Assembly: GCA_963555825.3 (NCBI GenBank)
Contig: CAUVXB020000002.1
Coordinates: 736,001 to 800,000 of the forward strand
Direction: 5' to 3'
DNA: 64,000 nucleotides
Origin: Alphaproteobacteria bacterium
GTDB lineage: Bacteria > Pseudomonadota > Alphaproteobacteria > JAAXGF01
Positions 1 through 10,499 of the stretch are shown here, in pieces. Below the pieces are notes generated by a model, which did no database searches, was not told the DNA's origin, and was given only the letters and a program-made list of their open reading frames with translations. The translations under genes and the position numbers were made by a program. The number at the start of each line of letters is the position of its first letter. The stretch's first letter is position 1.

Positions 1-397
1 CTCGTCCCGGAGGCGGTCGAAGATGCGCTTCGCAGTGTGCCGTTGCTTGCGGTGGCTGGTCCGATCGTCTTCCAAGATCCGATCGATGATTCCCGTGAAC
101 GGACCCAGCTTTGGCCGCCTCGGCGGCGCGCTTCGGCGATACCCTGGCGGCACCGAGAACGACAGCATCTTACGGACCGTCTTGCGGTCTACACCAAACA
201 CCCGCGAGGCCTCGCGGGTGCTCATCCCCTCGACATGACACGCCCGCCGAACCCGTGCGTACAACTCCACCCGATACATCCCCCCCGCCTTCCAGTCAGA
301 GCAACCCTGACAGAAGGCTATACGCGGTCCCATTTTGGTCCGCCGCAGCCGGATCGACCGGCCGCTTCAGTGGGGGATTATTGCTCTGCCGTTCTCA
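1..397 (-). mobile_element. istA: IS21-family element, left end and istA 5' part (runs off window start); same element as 19704-22273 and 54154-56723
   Basis: Sequence matches 21877-22273; terminal IR TGAGAACGGCAGAGCAATAA on the minus strand ends at 397. Confidence 0.9.
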
Positions 398-821
398 CAC
401 ACCCCTTCGTCGGAGAGATCGAACATGTGCTTGAGGATATGCACCCCGACCATCATCCGCGTCGGGATGCCGGGGCGGCCTTCCTCGGAATAGAAGGCGT
501 CATAGGCGTCGTCGAAAAACGCCCAGTCGATCGCCGCGCCCAGACGAACGAGTTGGTGACCCATGTCGATGATGTTCTCAAGCCGCGAGCGGAACAGATC
601 GTCCGTTCCCGACGGTGGCTTTCGAGAGGGCTTCATGGCTGTCTCTCCGTCCTTGCAAAGGACAGAGAATCACGCCACGGCGAGAAAGAGAATCCCTTAA
701 ATTCCGTTTTCCAAATTGCAAGGTTTCGAGGCCGAAACCGCGGAATCTTGCAAAAACGATTACTTCAAAACAACGGGAAGGGATTGAAAATAAACCGTGT
801 CGAGGTTTTTCACGGGCGACC
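398..821 (-). pseudogene. IS5-family transposase N-terminal fragment with left end, truncated by IS21
   Basis: ORF 367..636 reads DLFRSRLENIID..LVRL..IDW..GRPGIPTRMMVG..ILKH..DLSDEGVC (DUF772-type IS5 N-terminus) and stops at the IS21 end. Confidence 0.85.
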
Positions 822-1055
822 GATTAGGGAAGGCCGGCGGGACGTCACACCTTTTAACCGACATTTCCCAGATAGCCTTCAAATCCATGACAATCATACT
901 CAAATTGCGCCGCCGTTGTAATGGCTTTCCCTCCGCAGCCGTCCGATAGCCTGATTTTGGTGAGTTGGCCGTGCCCGGAAGGCCCTTTTCCCATATTTTC
1001 CGCCATCCAGGCGTACCTCCCCCGCACTTTTCACCTCGCCGTCGATTCCCTCGGC

Positions 1056-2405
1056 CTACGCCGGAACGGGTTTTCGTCGTAGATCATCAATCAGGCTCAG
1101 GATTTTCCGGAACAGTTCCCTCGGCACCGCCACCTCGGCTAATTGGAACGTGACGTACCGGCCATGGCTGACCACTTTCGCACCGATCTTGACCAGCTTC
1201 TCCCGTAGCGTGGTCAGAGACCAGTGTTCCACCTCCTTTGGCAAGGCCAACGTCCGCATGAAGTTGGCAAGATTGTAGGCCAGGGCGTGAAGCTGGAGCC
1301 GGACGGCGTTGCCGTGGAACTTCCGGCATGACAGCCGGGTCCATTTGATCGCGCACTTGCCTTCCTTGATGTACTGCTCCGCTTTGCCCCGCTGATTGTA
1401 GAAGGCCACCACCCGCTCGGCTGGCCGCGACAGGTTGGTGACGATGTAGCCGACACGGGGAACCAGCTCGCCGGGGTGCCATTCCACCTTGGCCACCACG
1501 CGCCGCTTCCTGTCCCAGCTTCCGGCCTGATAGCTGAAACTGGCGTAATAGCGCCGCACATGGTTCGGCGGTCGGCCAACAGGTCGCGTGAGCAGATGGC
1601 CGATGCTTTCCTGGAGAACCTTGTTGGCTTTGAGGCGGATCGCGTACAGGAAGCCCTCGGCTTCGAGGTAATCGTAAATCTCCGGCGAGGCGAAGGCGGC
1701 ATCGCCCCGGAAATACAGTCGTACCTTCCGACCCTTATAGCGAACGACAACCGGCTTCAACACGCCTTCCCAGTCATCGGCACTGTGGACGTTGCCGGGA
1801 CGGAGGGAACTCCGTTCCAGATCGCCGAACTGGTTGAACAGGAATAGAGGGTGGTAGCAAGTGCATCCAAAGTGTCCGTTGTAGGCCGTTCCTTCCTGGT
1901 CGCCGTGGGTCGGGCTGACGCTGCTGTCCATGTCGAGAATGATCTTCGTCGGCGGGTGCCGGTCATGAACCTTGTCGATCCATTGCCCGGAAAGATTGGC
2001 CAAGGCTTCAACGTTCGCGTTGGTGGCCAGAACCTCCGTCTCGAAGCGCCCCATCTGACTGGTCGAGGCTGCCTGTTTCGTGACAGCATGGCCGCCGACG
2101 ATCCATCGCATGACCGGGTCGAGGCTGAGCCGGTCGGCATCGTTCACGTCGTCGTACCCCCCAAGGCGTCCGAAAACGGACTGGCGGAACTGCCCGACAA
2201 GACCGTGGCGACCGTTCTTCCCACGACGGGTATCCGTGAGTACGTCCCCGGCAATCTCGCTCAGTCCGACCGCATCGTCCAGTTCCCGGTACGGCAACAA
2301 CCCAGCGTCGGAAGTGACCTTGGAACCGTGGAAATCCAGCTTCAGCCGACGGTCAAAACCGAGCCTCAAAACCCCTGCTTCCCTTTCACCCATCGGGTGA
2401 GCCAT
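1056..2405 (-). CDS. IS1380-family transposase
   Basis: TSDAGLL, LDMDSS..HG.QEG.AYNGH, RGDAAF and YNQRGKAEQYIKEGK motifs. Confidence 0.95.
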   Translation of the reverse strand: MAHPMGEREAGVLRLGFDRRLKLDFHGSKVTSDAGLLPYRELDDAVGLSEIAGDVLTDTRRGKNGRHGLVGQFRQSVFGRLGGYDDVNDADRLSLDPVMRWIVGGHAVTKQAASTSQMGRFETEVLATNANVEALANLSGQWIDKVHDRHPPTKIILDMDSSVSPTHGDQEGTAYNGHFGCTCYHPLFLFNQFGDLERSSLRPGNVHSADDWEGVLKPVVVRYKGRKVRLYFRGDAAFASPEIYDYLEAEGFLYAIRLKANKVLQESIGHLLTRPVGRPPNHVRRYYASFSYQAGSWDRKRRVVAKVEWHPGELVPRVGYIVTNLSRPAERVVAFYNQRGKAEQYIKEGKCAIKWTRLSCRKFHGNAVRLQLHALAYNLANFMRTLALPKEVEHWSLTTLREKLVKIGAKVVSHGRYVTFQLAEVAVPRELFRKILSLIDDLRRKPVPA

Positions 2406-2444
2406 ATCAACACCCCAAATCTGCCTATAACGTAATGATTCTTA

Positions 2445-3619
2445 TACCAGTGAGCGCCTGAATTGACTCTCGGGATATTCATTGATGGCGGATGATGGCG
2501 GATTGTGATTCTATGGTCTCCCACCAGATGTGGGGGATGTCATGGGATCAGCACTCAAGATACGGGATGATTTGACGCCTTTGGAGCTTCGGCGCTGGGC
2601 TCGCGTGGAATCGTACGGTCGAGCGGCGGCGCGGGCCTATGGGATCGCGAATGCTTTGGAGGAGATGCCCCGGGCTGATGCCGCGCGGCTTGCGGGGATG
2701 GATCGCCAAACGCTTCGCGACGCGGTTGTTCGTTACAATGCAAAGGGATTGGAGGGGCTTCACGACCGTCCAAAGGGCTACTCGCCGCGGCGGCTGACGG
2801 CAGACGAGGAAGCGGCGCTGGCGGCGGTCATCATCGCCGGGCCGGAGCCTGAGCGCGACGGGGTTTGCGCCTGGACCCGGGCCGATCTGTGCCGCTGGCT
2901 GGAGGAGCGCTTCGCCAAGACCTACCACCCCTCGAGCATGACCCGGGTTCTACGGCGGATGGGATTTTCCCGCCAGAAGGCGCGCCCGAGCCACCCGCGA
3001 AGGGACGCCGAAGCGCAGGAGCGCTTCAAAAAAGGGGGCTTCGCGACATCCTGAAGGCGACCGCCGCGGCGCATCCCGACAAGCGCCTACAGCTGTGGTT
3101 TCAGGATGAAGCGCGCGTCGGCAACAAGGGCCGGGTGTGTCACCGGTGGTGGCGCAGGGGCGAGCGTGCCCCCGGGACGCGTCAAATCGGCTACCAGTGG
3201 GCCTACATCTTCTCCGCCGTGCGCCCGGACACCGGCGACGACGTCACCCTGGTGATGCCGAGCGTCAACGCCAAGGTCATGGACCTGTTTCTCGCACACT
3301 TCGCCGATACCCTGGACCAGGATGCGCACGCCGTCATGATGTGCGACGGCGCCGGTTGGCACGACGAGCGCGCCCTCACCGTCCCCGACAACGTCACCTT
3401 GGCGCTGTTGCCGCCTTACAGTCCCGAACTCAACCCCGTCGAGCGGGTTTGGCTCTACCTACGCGAACGCTTCCTATCGCTCCGCGTCCTCGACGACACC
3501 GAGGCCATCATCGACGCCTGTTGCCAAGCATGGATCGACCTCATCGCAGAACCGGATCGTATGCGAACCCTCTGCGCCTATCCATGGATCATGAAGGTGA
3601 TTTCATAGGCTCACTGGTA
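2445..3619 (+). mobile_element. IS630-family element; transposase in two ORFs (2530-3054 and ~3030-3608) joined by a programmed frameshift
   Basis: IRs TACCAGTGAGC / GCTCACTGGTA; slippery run AAAAAAGGGGG near 3028; WFQDEARVG, DGAGWH and LPPYSPELNPVE motifs. Confidence 0.92.
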
Positions 3620-3733
3620 TGATACCAGAATCCGGGTACGATGTCGTCAAATCACAGGTCATCTGGGCAATGCGGGTTTAATCCCCACCAAGGGCCGGTC
3701 CTTGGAACCCCATAAACGGGGTCCACGGGTTTT

Positions 3734-4474
3734 TTAAACCCGGGAGGCGAGCCCCGCGCGGCCCTGCGACGCGGCGAGGGGGCGTTTTTTTCCGCTCCCG
3801 GCCGGCGTCCCGATTTCCAGCGTTGCCCGGGTAAAGGTCTCGACGTAGTCGATCAGCGCGTCCGAAGCCCGTCCCGCCTCGCCGGGGTCGCCCCCGGCGA
3901 TGGCGCGGGCGAACCGGGCATGCAGGCTGGCGCACAGGGGCAGGTCCGCCGCCTCCTTGTAATGCATGTACCAAAACCGGCGTGACATTCCGTGCATCAG
4001 CCCCATCGCGCGGCTCGCATACTCGTTACGGGCGGCCTTCGAGACCAGCATGTTCAGGGCGTAATCAAAACGCATGAAACTGATATCGTCGTTCTCGCGC
4101 GCCGTCTTTTCCATGCCGTCGGCGATCTCAAGGAACCGGGCCTTCTCTTCTTCCGTCTGGCGCACGGTGGCTCTTCGCGCCATCAGCCGTTCCAGCTCGC
4201 GCCGCACCTCGAGCACAAGCAGTTGCTTGCGCGGATTGATCTCGGAAACCAGGATGCCCTTGCGCGGCAGGATAACGACGAGGCCTTCGCGGGCAAGCCG
4301 CTGCAACGCCTCGCGGATCGGCGTCCGGCCGAACCCCAGTTCGCTGGCAAGCACGCCCTCCGAGAGCACGGCGCCGGGCTCCAGCCGGAGCGTTACGATC
4401 AACTCCTCGAGCTGATCGTAGGCGCGGTCGGTCAGGCTCATTTTTCCGGGTCTTATGTCTTGAACCTTGGGCAT
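3734..4474 (-). CDS. GntR-family (FCD domain) transcriptional regulator
   Basis: AYDQLEELIV.L.LEPG..LSE..LA.ELGFGRTPIREALQRL winged HTH; LEVRRELE start of FCD domain. Confidence 0.92.
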   Translation of the reverse strand: MPKVQDIRPGKMSLTDRAYDQLEELIVTLRLEPGAVLSEGVLASELGFGRTPIREALQRLAREGLVVILPRKGILVSEINPRKQLLVLEVRRELERLMARRATVRQTEEEKARFLEIADGMEKTARENDDISFMRFDYALNMLVSKAARNEYASRAMGLMHGMSRRFWYMHYKEAADLPLCASLHARFARAIAGGDPGEAGRASDALIDYVETFTRATLEIGTPAGSGKKRPLAASQGRAGLASRV

Positions 4475-4541
4475 CGGTATCTCCAGCCGGCGCAGTGGGC
4501 GAACTTGTGTCGATCGGCCGCAAGGGCGCAGGTAAAGACGA

Positions 4542-5420
4542 TCACATCTGTCGGCGGTTCTCGACCATGGATGCGAACTTCTCGTATTCCTCCTCGCTCA
4601 CGCCGTAGGTATGGTCCTCTTCGGGAAAGGTCCCGTCCTTGACTTCCCTGACATATCGGGAAATTTCGTCGACCGCCACCTCGGTCAGGTTGGCGAAGCG
4701 TTTGGTGAATTTCGGCTTGAAATCGGTAAACACGCCCAAGAGGTCGTGACAGAGCAGAATTTGGCCGTCGGTCCCGGCGCCGGCGCCGATTCCGATGGTC
4801 GGGATTTCCAGCTGCCGGGAAATCAACGTGGCGATTTTTCCCGGAACCGCCTCGAACTCAAGCATGAAGCATCCCGCGTCCTCGATCGCCAGCGCGTCCT
4901 CGAGAATTTTCATCGCGGCGTCGGCGGTCCGGCCCTGGATCTTGAAACCCCCGAAGACGGCCACCGTGTGGGGCGTCAGCCCGATGTGGGAGGCGGTCGG
5001 TATCCCTGCATCGACAAGCGTCCGCAATATGTGAGCCTGGCTCTTGCCGCCTTGCGGCTTCACCGCGTCGCTGGCCGCTTCCTGCATGAAACGGGCGGCG
5101 TTTTCGAGGGCACGGTCGGCGGTGTTGTAACTCTGGTAAGGCATGCAGCCGAGGACGAACGTATTGGGCGCGCCGCGGCGAACCGCCAGGGCGTGCATGA
5201 TCATCATCTCCATGGTGGCCGGGATCGTATTGGGATGGCCGTGCGCAATCATCGCCAGGCTATCACCAACCACCGCGACATCGACCCCGCCCGCCTCCGC
5301 CCACTTGGCCGAGGTGTAATCGGGCACCGACATGTAAACCATCTTTTCGCCGGTCTTCTTCGATTCACGGATTTCGGTGATCGACCGCTTTTTCTTCTCT
5401 TGCCCGCCCTCCCCGGCCAT
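4542..5420 (-). CDS. panB: PanB-like ketopantoate hydroxymethyltransferase family protein with an atypical metal site
   Basis: VGDSLAM, AVRRGAP, HIGLTP, GGFKIQGR, IPTIGIGAG, DGQILL.HDLLG and PKF.K motifs. Confidence 0.85.
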   Translation of the reverse strand: MAGEGGQEKKKRSITEIRESKKTGEKMVYMSVPDYTSAKWAEAGGVDVAVVGDSLAMIAHGHPNTIPATMEMMIMHALAVRRGAPNTFVLGCMPYQSYNTADRALENAARFMQEAASDAVKPQGGKSQAHILRTLVDAGIPTASHIGLTPHTVAVFGGFKIQGRTADAAMKILEDALAIEDAGCFMLEFEAVPGKIATLISRQLEIPTIGIGAGAGTDGQILLCHDLLGVFTDFKPKFTKRFANLTEVAVDEISRYVREVKDGTFPEEDHTYGVSEEEYEKFASMVENRRQM

Positions 5421-5623
5421 TACGGCTGTTTCCCTCTGATCAATCTGTGATATATTAAGCCGTATGTTTTAACACACGACGCGTGGGGGTCAAGGCGCGC
5501 ACCCGTACGCAGGGGGGCCGGCGCGGCGAGCCCATCAACGCACCGTCCAGGAGATTCGATAATCCGATACGTTCCGCCGGACGAAGGAATGCCGTCCGGT
5601 CCACATGAAGGGAAGTCCTGACC

Positions 5624-5809
5624 ATGCCGAAAAACATCCGGGCGATGCTTTCCGTCATTGTCGCTTTGGTGGCGGCCGTCGCCTTTTATGTCGAAATGCA
5701 GGCCGGTGCCGGCGCGCTTAAGTGGGTCGTGCTCGCCCTGGCGGCGTTCATGATCTACGCCGTATGGCTGTTCCCCGAGGCCAAGGAGCGCCACGACGAT
5801 GGCGCTTAG
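5624..5809 (+). CDS. Small two-TM membrane protein
   Basis: 61 aa with two hydrophobic segments; fills the intergenic gap. Confidence 0.6.
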   Translation: MPKNIRAMLSVIVALVAAVAFYVEMQAGAGALKWVVLALAAFMIYAVWLFPEAKERHDDGA

Positions 5810-5811
5810 GG

Positions 5812-6948
5812 CTACGACGACAGAAACGCCTTGAAGCGGCGCGCGATCTGGTCCGGCGGCACGGTCGGACGACCGAGGTCGTCGAGGCTGCCCGGCCGGA
5901 TACGCAGATGAATCATGTGCGGACCGGCGGCACCGAACGCCCCGGCGAGGGCCCTGCCCAATCCGCCAAGGTCGTCGGCCGACACCCCGGTCGCATAGCC
6001 ACAGGCGAGCGCGACCCGGGCGAAATCGACGCCCGGGGAAACGGTCGCCTGGCCCCCGGTCGAATCGTGCACGCCGTTGTCGAGCAGGACATGCACGAGG
6101 TTCGCCGGAGCCTGCATGCCTATCGTCGCAAGGTTTCCCATCTTCATGAGCGCCGCCCCGTCGCCGTCGAGCACGATCACGGGACGCAAGACGTTAAGGG
6201 CCACGCCCAGCCCCATTGCGCTGGCACACCCCATGGAGCCCACCTGGTACAGATGCTGCCCGCGGTCGGCCAGGGTGAAAAGCTCGCGGCCGCATTTTCC
6301 AGTCGTCGCGATGAACGCGCCGGTCTCGGGCGCCGACTCCAGCACGCGCTCGAGGGCGGCAAAGCGGGTCGGGCGCTCGCCGCCCGTGGTCAGGTCCTCC
6401 GGCCGGCCGCCGGGGGGTGCCGCCGCCGGCGCCTGTTCCAACTCCGCGGACGCGACCGACCCCTTTTCCATGATCAAGGCGTAGGGCAGACCGGTTTCGT
6501 CCATAGCGGCCCCGGCCGCATCGAGCGCCGGGCGCACATCGGCGGGGGCCGTGGGAAAGGACGCATGGGGGACGCCGATATCGTCCAGGAGCGCACCGGT
6601 GATCCGGCCCATCATGGCGTGCTGGGGTTCGTCCTTGAGGCCCGGCTGGCCGCGCCAGGTAACGATGATCAGGGTGGGAATGCGAAAAGGCCGGTTCAGC
6701 GAGGTAAGGGGATTGATCGCGTTTCCAAGACCGGAATTCTGGCACATCATCACCGTCCGCCGGCCTGCCAGCCAGGCACCGGCCGCGATGGCCGTGGCCT
6801 CGCCCTCGCTGGCGGCACCCACGTAGGTCAGGTCCGGACGACTGATGACCCGGTTTATGACCGGTGTCAGGAACGAGCACGGGACGCCGGTATAGAAATT
6901 GAATCCGGCGGCGGCAGCCGGATCGAGAAAGTCGTCGGCCCGAATCAC
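5812..6948 (-). CDS. aepY: Phosphonopyruvate decarboxylase (ThDP-dependent)
   Basis: GVPCSFL, EGEA..IAAGAWLAG, QNSGLGN.INPLTSL, WRG.PG.KDEPQH..MG, GSMGCAS, DGDGAALM and DNGVHDSTGGQ motifs. Confidence 0.9.
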   Translation of the reverse strand: MIRADDFLDPAAAAGFNFYTGVPCSFLTPVINRVISRPDLTYVGAASEGEATAIAAGAWLAGRRTVMMCQNSGLGNAINPLTSLNRPFRIPTLIIVTWRGQPGLKDEPQHAMMGRITGALLDDIGVPHASFPTAPADVRPALDAAGAAMDETGLPYALIMEKGSVASAELEQAPAAAPPGGRPEDLTTGGERPTRFAALERVLESAPETGAFIATTGKCGRELFTLADRGQHLYQVGSMGCASAMGLGVALNVLRPVIVLDGDGAALMKMGNLATIGMQAPANLVHVLLDNGVHDSTGGQATVSPGVDFARVALACGYATGVSADDLGGLGRALAGAFGAAGPHMIHLRIRPGSLDDLGRPTVPPDQIARRFKAFLSS

Positions 6949-7224
6949 GGCAGGTTTCTTGTCGGCGCCGGGTCCGGCGCGTCGTCCCTGCCGAGGCGGC
7001 CAAACCGCGCCGTTCTCGGTAGTGGATCGCTAGCGGAGTATTCGGCGAGTGCGGCGTCTGCTGTCATTCGTGCATCCCCCATCGGCGGCTACATACAGTG
7101 GGCGGCAACCGGTTTCAAGACCGCGTCGCGGCCATGATGTCGATGGGCTTGCGTGACCGGCCCTTTCCCCCGTGCGGGCCGGGCATGGCGGACAGGTCGC
7201 GTCCGCCGACTCCGGCCGTGCCCG

Positions 7225-7554
7225 TCAGCCGGCGACCACCAAACGGTAGTCGGGGGTCGGATTGAGCGGGCAGGAATAGAGATAATCACCTTCCTTCAGC
7301 TCGATGGCGTAGTCCTTCGTCGTGCCCGGCGTGATACCGCCCCCGGAGACGCTGGGCAGGGTCACGCGGCCCAGGCCCTTGCCGCGCAGCCAGAAGCCGA
7401 GGGTGTAGGGGACGTTCGTGTTGGTGACCCGGAAGATGTACTTGCCGGGCTTGAGCTCCAGCACCTTCGCTCCGGCCAGCCGGTCGGCGCCGGTCTTCGC
7501 GTTGATGTCCTTGCAGTCCTCGGCCTTCATAGTGGTGAAGCCGCGATCGACGCC
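7225..7554 (-). pseudogene. C-terminal part of a cupredoxin-like hypothetical protein, 5' end removed by IS256
   Basis: LELKPGKYIFRVTN..VPY.LGFWLRG...G.YLYSCPLNPTPDY; the frame runs into the IS256 IR at 7555. Confidence 0.6.
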
Positions 7555-8929
7555 GAGCTATTGTCAAAAGTTGTGTATGGGTTTGTCATGCGGCGGCGCG
7601 ATCCTGGCGTTCTCCATTGACGAATTTGACGCCTCGAATGATCTCGGCGAATTGATCTGATCCATTGAGCCTCCGCCATTTCTTGCTGGCCCCCTGGCAA
7701 AGCTTGAAGACCATGGCCATCGCCGTCTTGCGTGATAGGCAACCCTTGGTCCGATAGGTGCGAAGACGAACCGTGGCGAAGGTGCTCTCGATGGGGTTCG
7801 TCGTCCGCACATGCTTCCAATGCTCGGCGGGGAAGTCGTAGAAGCTCAGCAAGGCGTCCCGGTCCTTGGCCAGGCAGGCCGTGGCCTTTTCGTACTTCGG
7901 TCCGTAGGCTTCCACGAAGAAGTCGAAGGCGGTCTCCGCGTCGTTCCTGGTCTCGGCCATCCAGATATCCTGCAAGTGACCCTTGGCCTTGTTCTGCAGA
8001 CCCTTGGGCAGCTTATTCAAGATATTGCCCGTCTTATGCACCCAGCAGCGCTGCTCGCGGGCGGCCCCGTAGACTTGGCGGAGCGCCTTCCAGAAGCCGA
8101 GCGCGCCATCGCCGGTCACCAGTTCCGGACCGATGCCGAGACCACGCCGCTTGAGATCGAGCAGCACCTCGCACCAGGATTGTTCGCTCTCGCGGTAGCC
8201 GTCGGTGATGGCGATCAACTCCTTGGTTCCGTGATCCGTGGCGCCGATGATCACCAGGATGCATTGCTTCTCCTCTTCCAGGCGGGCGCCAAAATAGATG
8301 CCGTCGACCCAGAAGTAGACGTAGCGCTTGGCCGATAAATCACGCCGTTGCCAGCGCTCCATCTCGTCTTGCCAGACTTCCTTCAGTCGTCCGATCGTGG
8401 AGGCCGACAGACCCGGAGCCCGTGCCCCCAGCAACGCCGCCAACGCTTCCGAGAAATCGCCGGTGGAAATGCCCTTCAGATACAGCCATGGCAAAAGGTC
8501 TTCCAGGCTCTTGGCGCGGCGCAGATAGCGCGGCAGGATCGCCGACGTGAAGCGGATGGCGCCGTCCCCCCGGTCCCGCACACGGGGTTGGCGCACGCTC
8601 ACCGGGCCGATCCCGGTCTGGATGAAGCGTTCCGGCAGATATCCATTGCGGACAACCCGGCGGCGGCCGGCGGCGTCAACAAGCGCCGCATGGCTACCCA
8701 AAAACACGGAGACCTCGGCCTCAACGGCTTGGGCCAACAACTCGCGAGCTCCAGCTTGTAGGACTTCCGTCAACGGATCTTTCTGAAAATCAGATGGGTT
8801 TTGAAAAGCAACAACGGTATTCTCTTTCATGGCGTATCCTTCCTTGGCTTAGCTCAAGTGGTGACATCAACAATCACCAGGATACGCCGCCTTCATTTCA
8901 ACGCCGTACACAAGATTCGGTTATAGCTC
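7555..8929 (-). mobile_element. IS256-family element (transposase 7586-8830)
   Basis: RNGYLPER, YFWVDGIY, GDGALGF, QRCWVHK and RTTNPIES motifs; IRs GAGCTATTGTCAAAAGTTGTGTA / GAGCTATAACCGAATCTTGTGTA; no flanking DR. Confidence 0.95.
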
Positions 8930-9094
8930 GAACCGATCTGAGCGTACACAGTCCGGACGTACTCGCAGTTGTTGCTGACGCGCTCAATACACGGCCCCGC
9001 AAGACCCTCGGATGGAGAACTCCCGCCGAAGCTCTGGACCAGTGCTTGCAGGCCAGTCAAACTGAACGTGTTCCGACGACCGGTTGAATTCGCC
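8930..9094 (+). pseudogene. IS30-family transposase 3' remnant and right end
   Basis: TDLS.HS...VADALNTRPRKTLGWRTPAE motif; end GGTTGAATTCGCC. Confidence 0.8.
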
Positions 9095-10017
9095 CTGGCT
9101 GCCGCGGTCGGAATGATGGATCAGACCACTGGGTGGGTGTCGCGTGACAAGCGCCATACGCAGGGCACGCAGCGCCAAATCCTTCTTCAGCCTATCGCTG
9201 ACAGCCCAGCCGACGACACGCCGTGAGAAGAGGTCGATGAGCACGGCGAGATAGAGCCATCCCTCGGCGGTCCAGATGTAGGAGATGTCGGCGCTCCATT
9301 TCTGGTCTGGCGCCTCTGCCGCGAAGTCCTGGTCCAGCAGATTGGGCGCGACCGGCCAGGCGTGCGTACTGTCCGTGGTTCGTTTGAAACGACGCTTCTG
9401 GCGCGCGGCCAGGCCGTTCTCGCGCATCAGGCGGGCTGTCCGGCGGCGTCCTATGGACAGACCCTCATCCACAAGATCACGGTGCATGCGCGGGCTGCCG
9501 TAGGTTCGGTTCGATAACTCGAAGGCGATGCGAATATGAGCCAGATAGATCATATCGTCCCGCTGACGCTGACTGGCAGGCCGCCCTTTCCATGAAAAGA
9601 ACCCGCTCTCGCTAACATCCAGAACCCGGCACATCGTCCTCACGGGAAATTCGGCCTTCTCGGCATCAATGAGCGCGAACCTCATCGACTTCCCTCCTTC
9701 GCGAAGAAGGCCGCGGCTTTTTTTAGAATGTCACGCTCCTGCCGGAGAACCGCATTCTCTTTGCGCAGCCGCTTCAACTCGGCCTGCAGGTCGTCCCGGA
9801 TCTCTGGCGGCATCTCTTCACCGCGATATTGACCGATCCAGCGTGTCAGCGATGACAGCCCGACCCCAAGGTCCTCCGCGATCTCTGTCCGCGGCCGGCC
9901 ACTACTCAGCACTAGGCGCACCGCCTCGCGCTTGAACTCCGTCGTAAACCTGATTCCTCGCCCCATAGAACACCTCCTGTTTCAGTAGGTGCTCTCCACG
10001 TTTGCGAAGCAAGACCA
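9095..10017 (-). mobile_element. IS3-family element: orfA 9682-9966; orfB truncated at HHSDRGSQ by IS30
   Basis: FTTEFKREAV orfA; YGSPRM, WSADISYI.T.EGWLYL..DLFSRRVVGW orfB; left end TGGTCTTGCTTCG. Confidence 0.9.
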
Positions 10018-10499
10018 CTTCGATCGTCCAATCGGGCAGAATGCTCCGATCAGCCAACAGTTCCAAGGCGAGAGTTGGTTGTCGGGCTGCAATGGCTGAC
10101 AAAAACCGTTCATAAAGACCAAACGGCGCTCCGGCGTGAGATATTTCATTTGCGGCAATCGCCAACCGCGACTTCCAAGTCGACCAGATCTCTGGGGTGA
10201 TGCTGTCGGCGAGCTCGTCTTGTCGCTGAAAACGAACGGCTTGATCTCGCTTAAAATCCAATCTTTTCTCTCCCCACTGATGGCGGAAGACCGACCTGTT
10301 GCCGACGATCGTCTTAAACGTGACAAACTCTTCGTCGTTATTCAGAGTCTGTCGAAGTGCAATCATGCTCTTGATGAGCCGGTGGTGGGCTTCGACAACT
10401 CTCGATTCTAAGCTGAGGTCACCCGAAAGCAATCTGTTCCTCCGCCAACATTGGAGCAGCCGCGATTCGATATTCTGCCGCGCATTGAAGTTTACCTTA
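10018..10499 (-). pseudogene. Internal fragment of a large lower-GC hypothetical protein, bounded by IS3 and IS5
   Basis: Open frame ...FVTFKTIVGNRSVF..W..DELADSIT... with no start or stop of its own between two IS ends. Confidence 0.5.

Larger units (their letters stand above)
858..3676 (-). mobile_element. IS1380-family element with a nested IS630 in its upstream end
   Basis: Imperfect IRs CCGACATTTCCCAGAT (858) / CCCGCATTGCCCAGAT (reverse complement, 3676); 5-bp direct repeat TTTAA at 853-857 and 3677-3681. Confidence 0.85.

Noticed and set aside
5722-7137. 471-aa + strand ORF, or a full phosphonate biosynthetic cluster
   Set aside because: Shadow of aepY; no pepM or transaminase is present.
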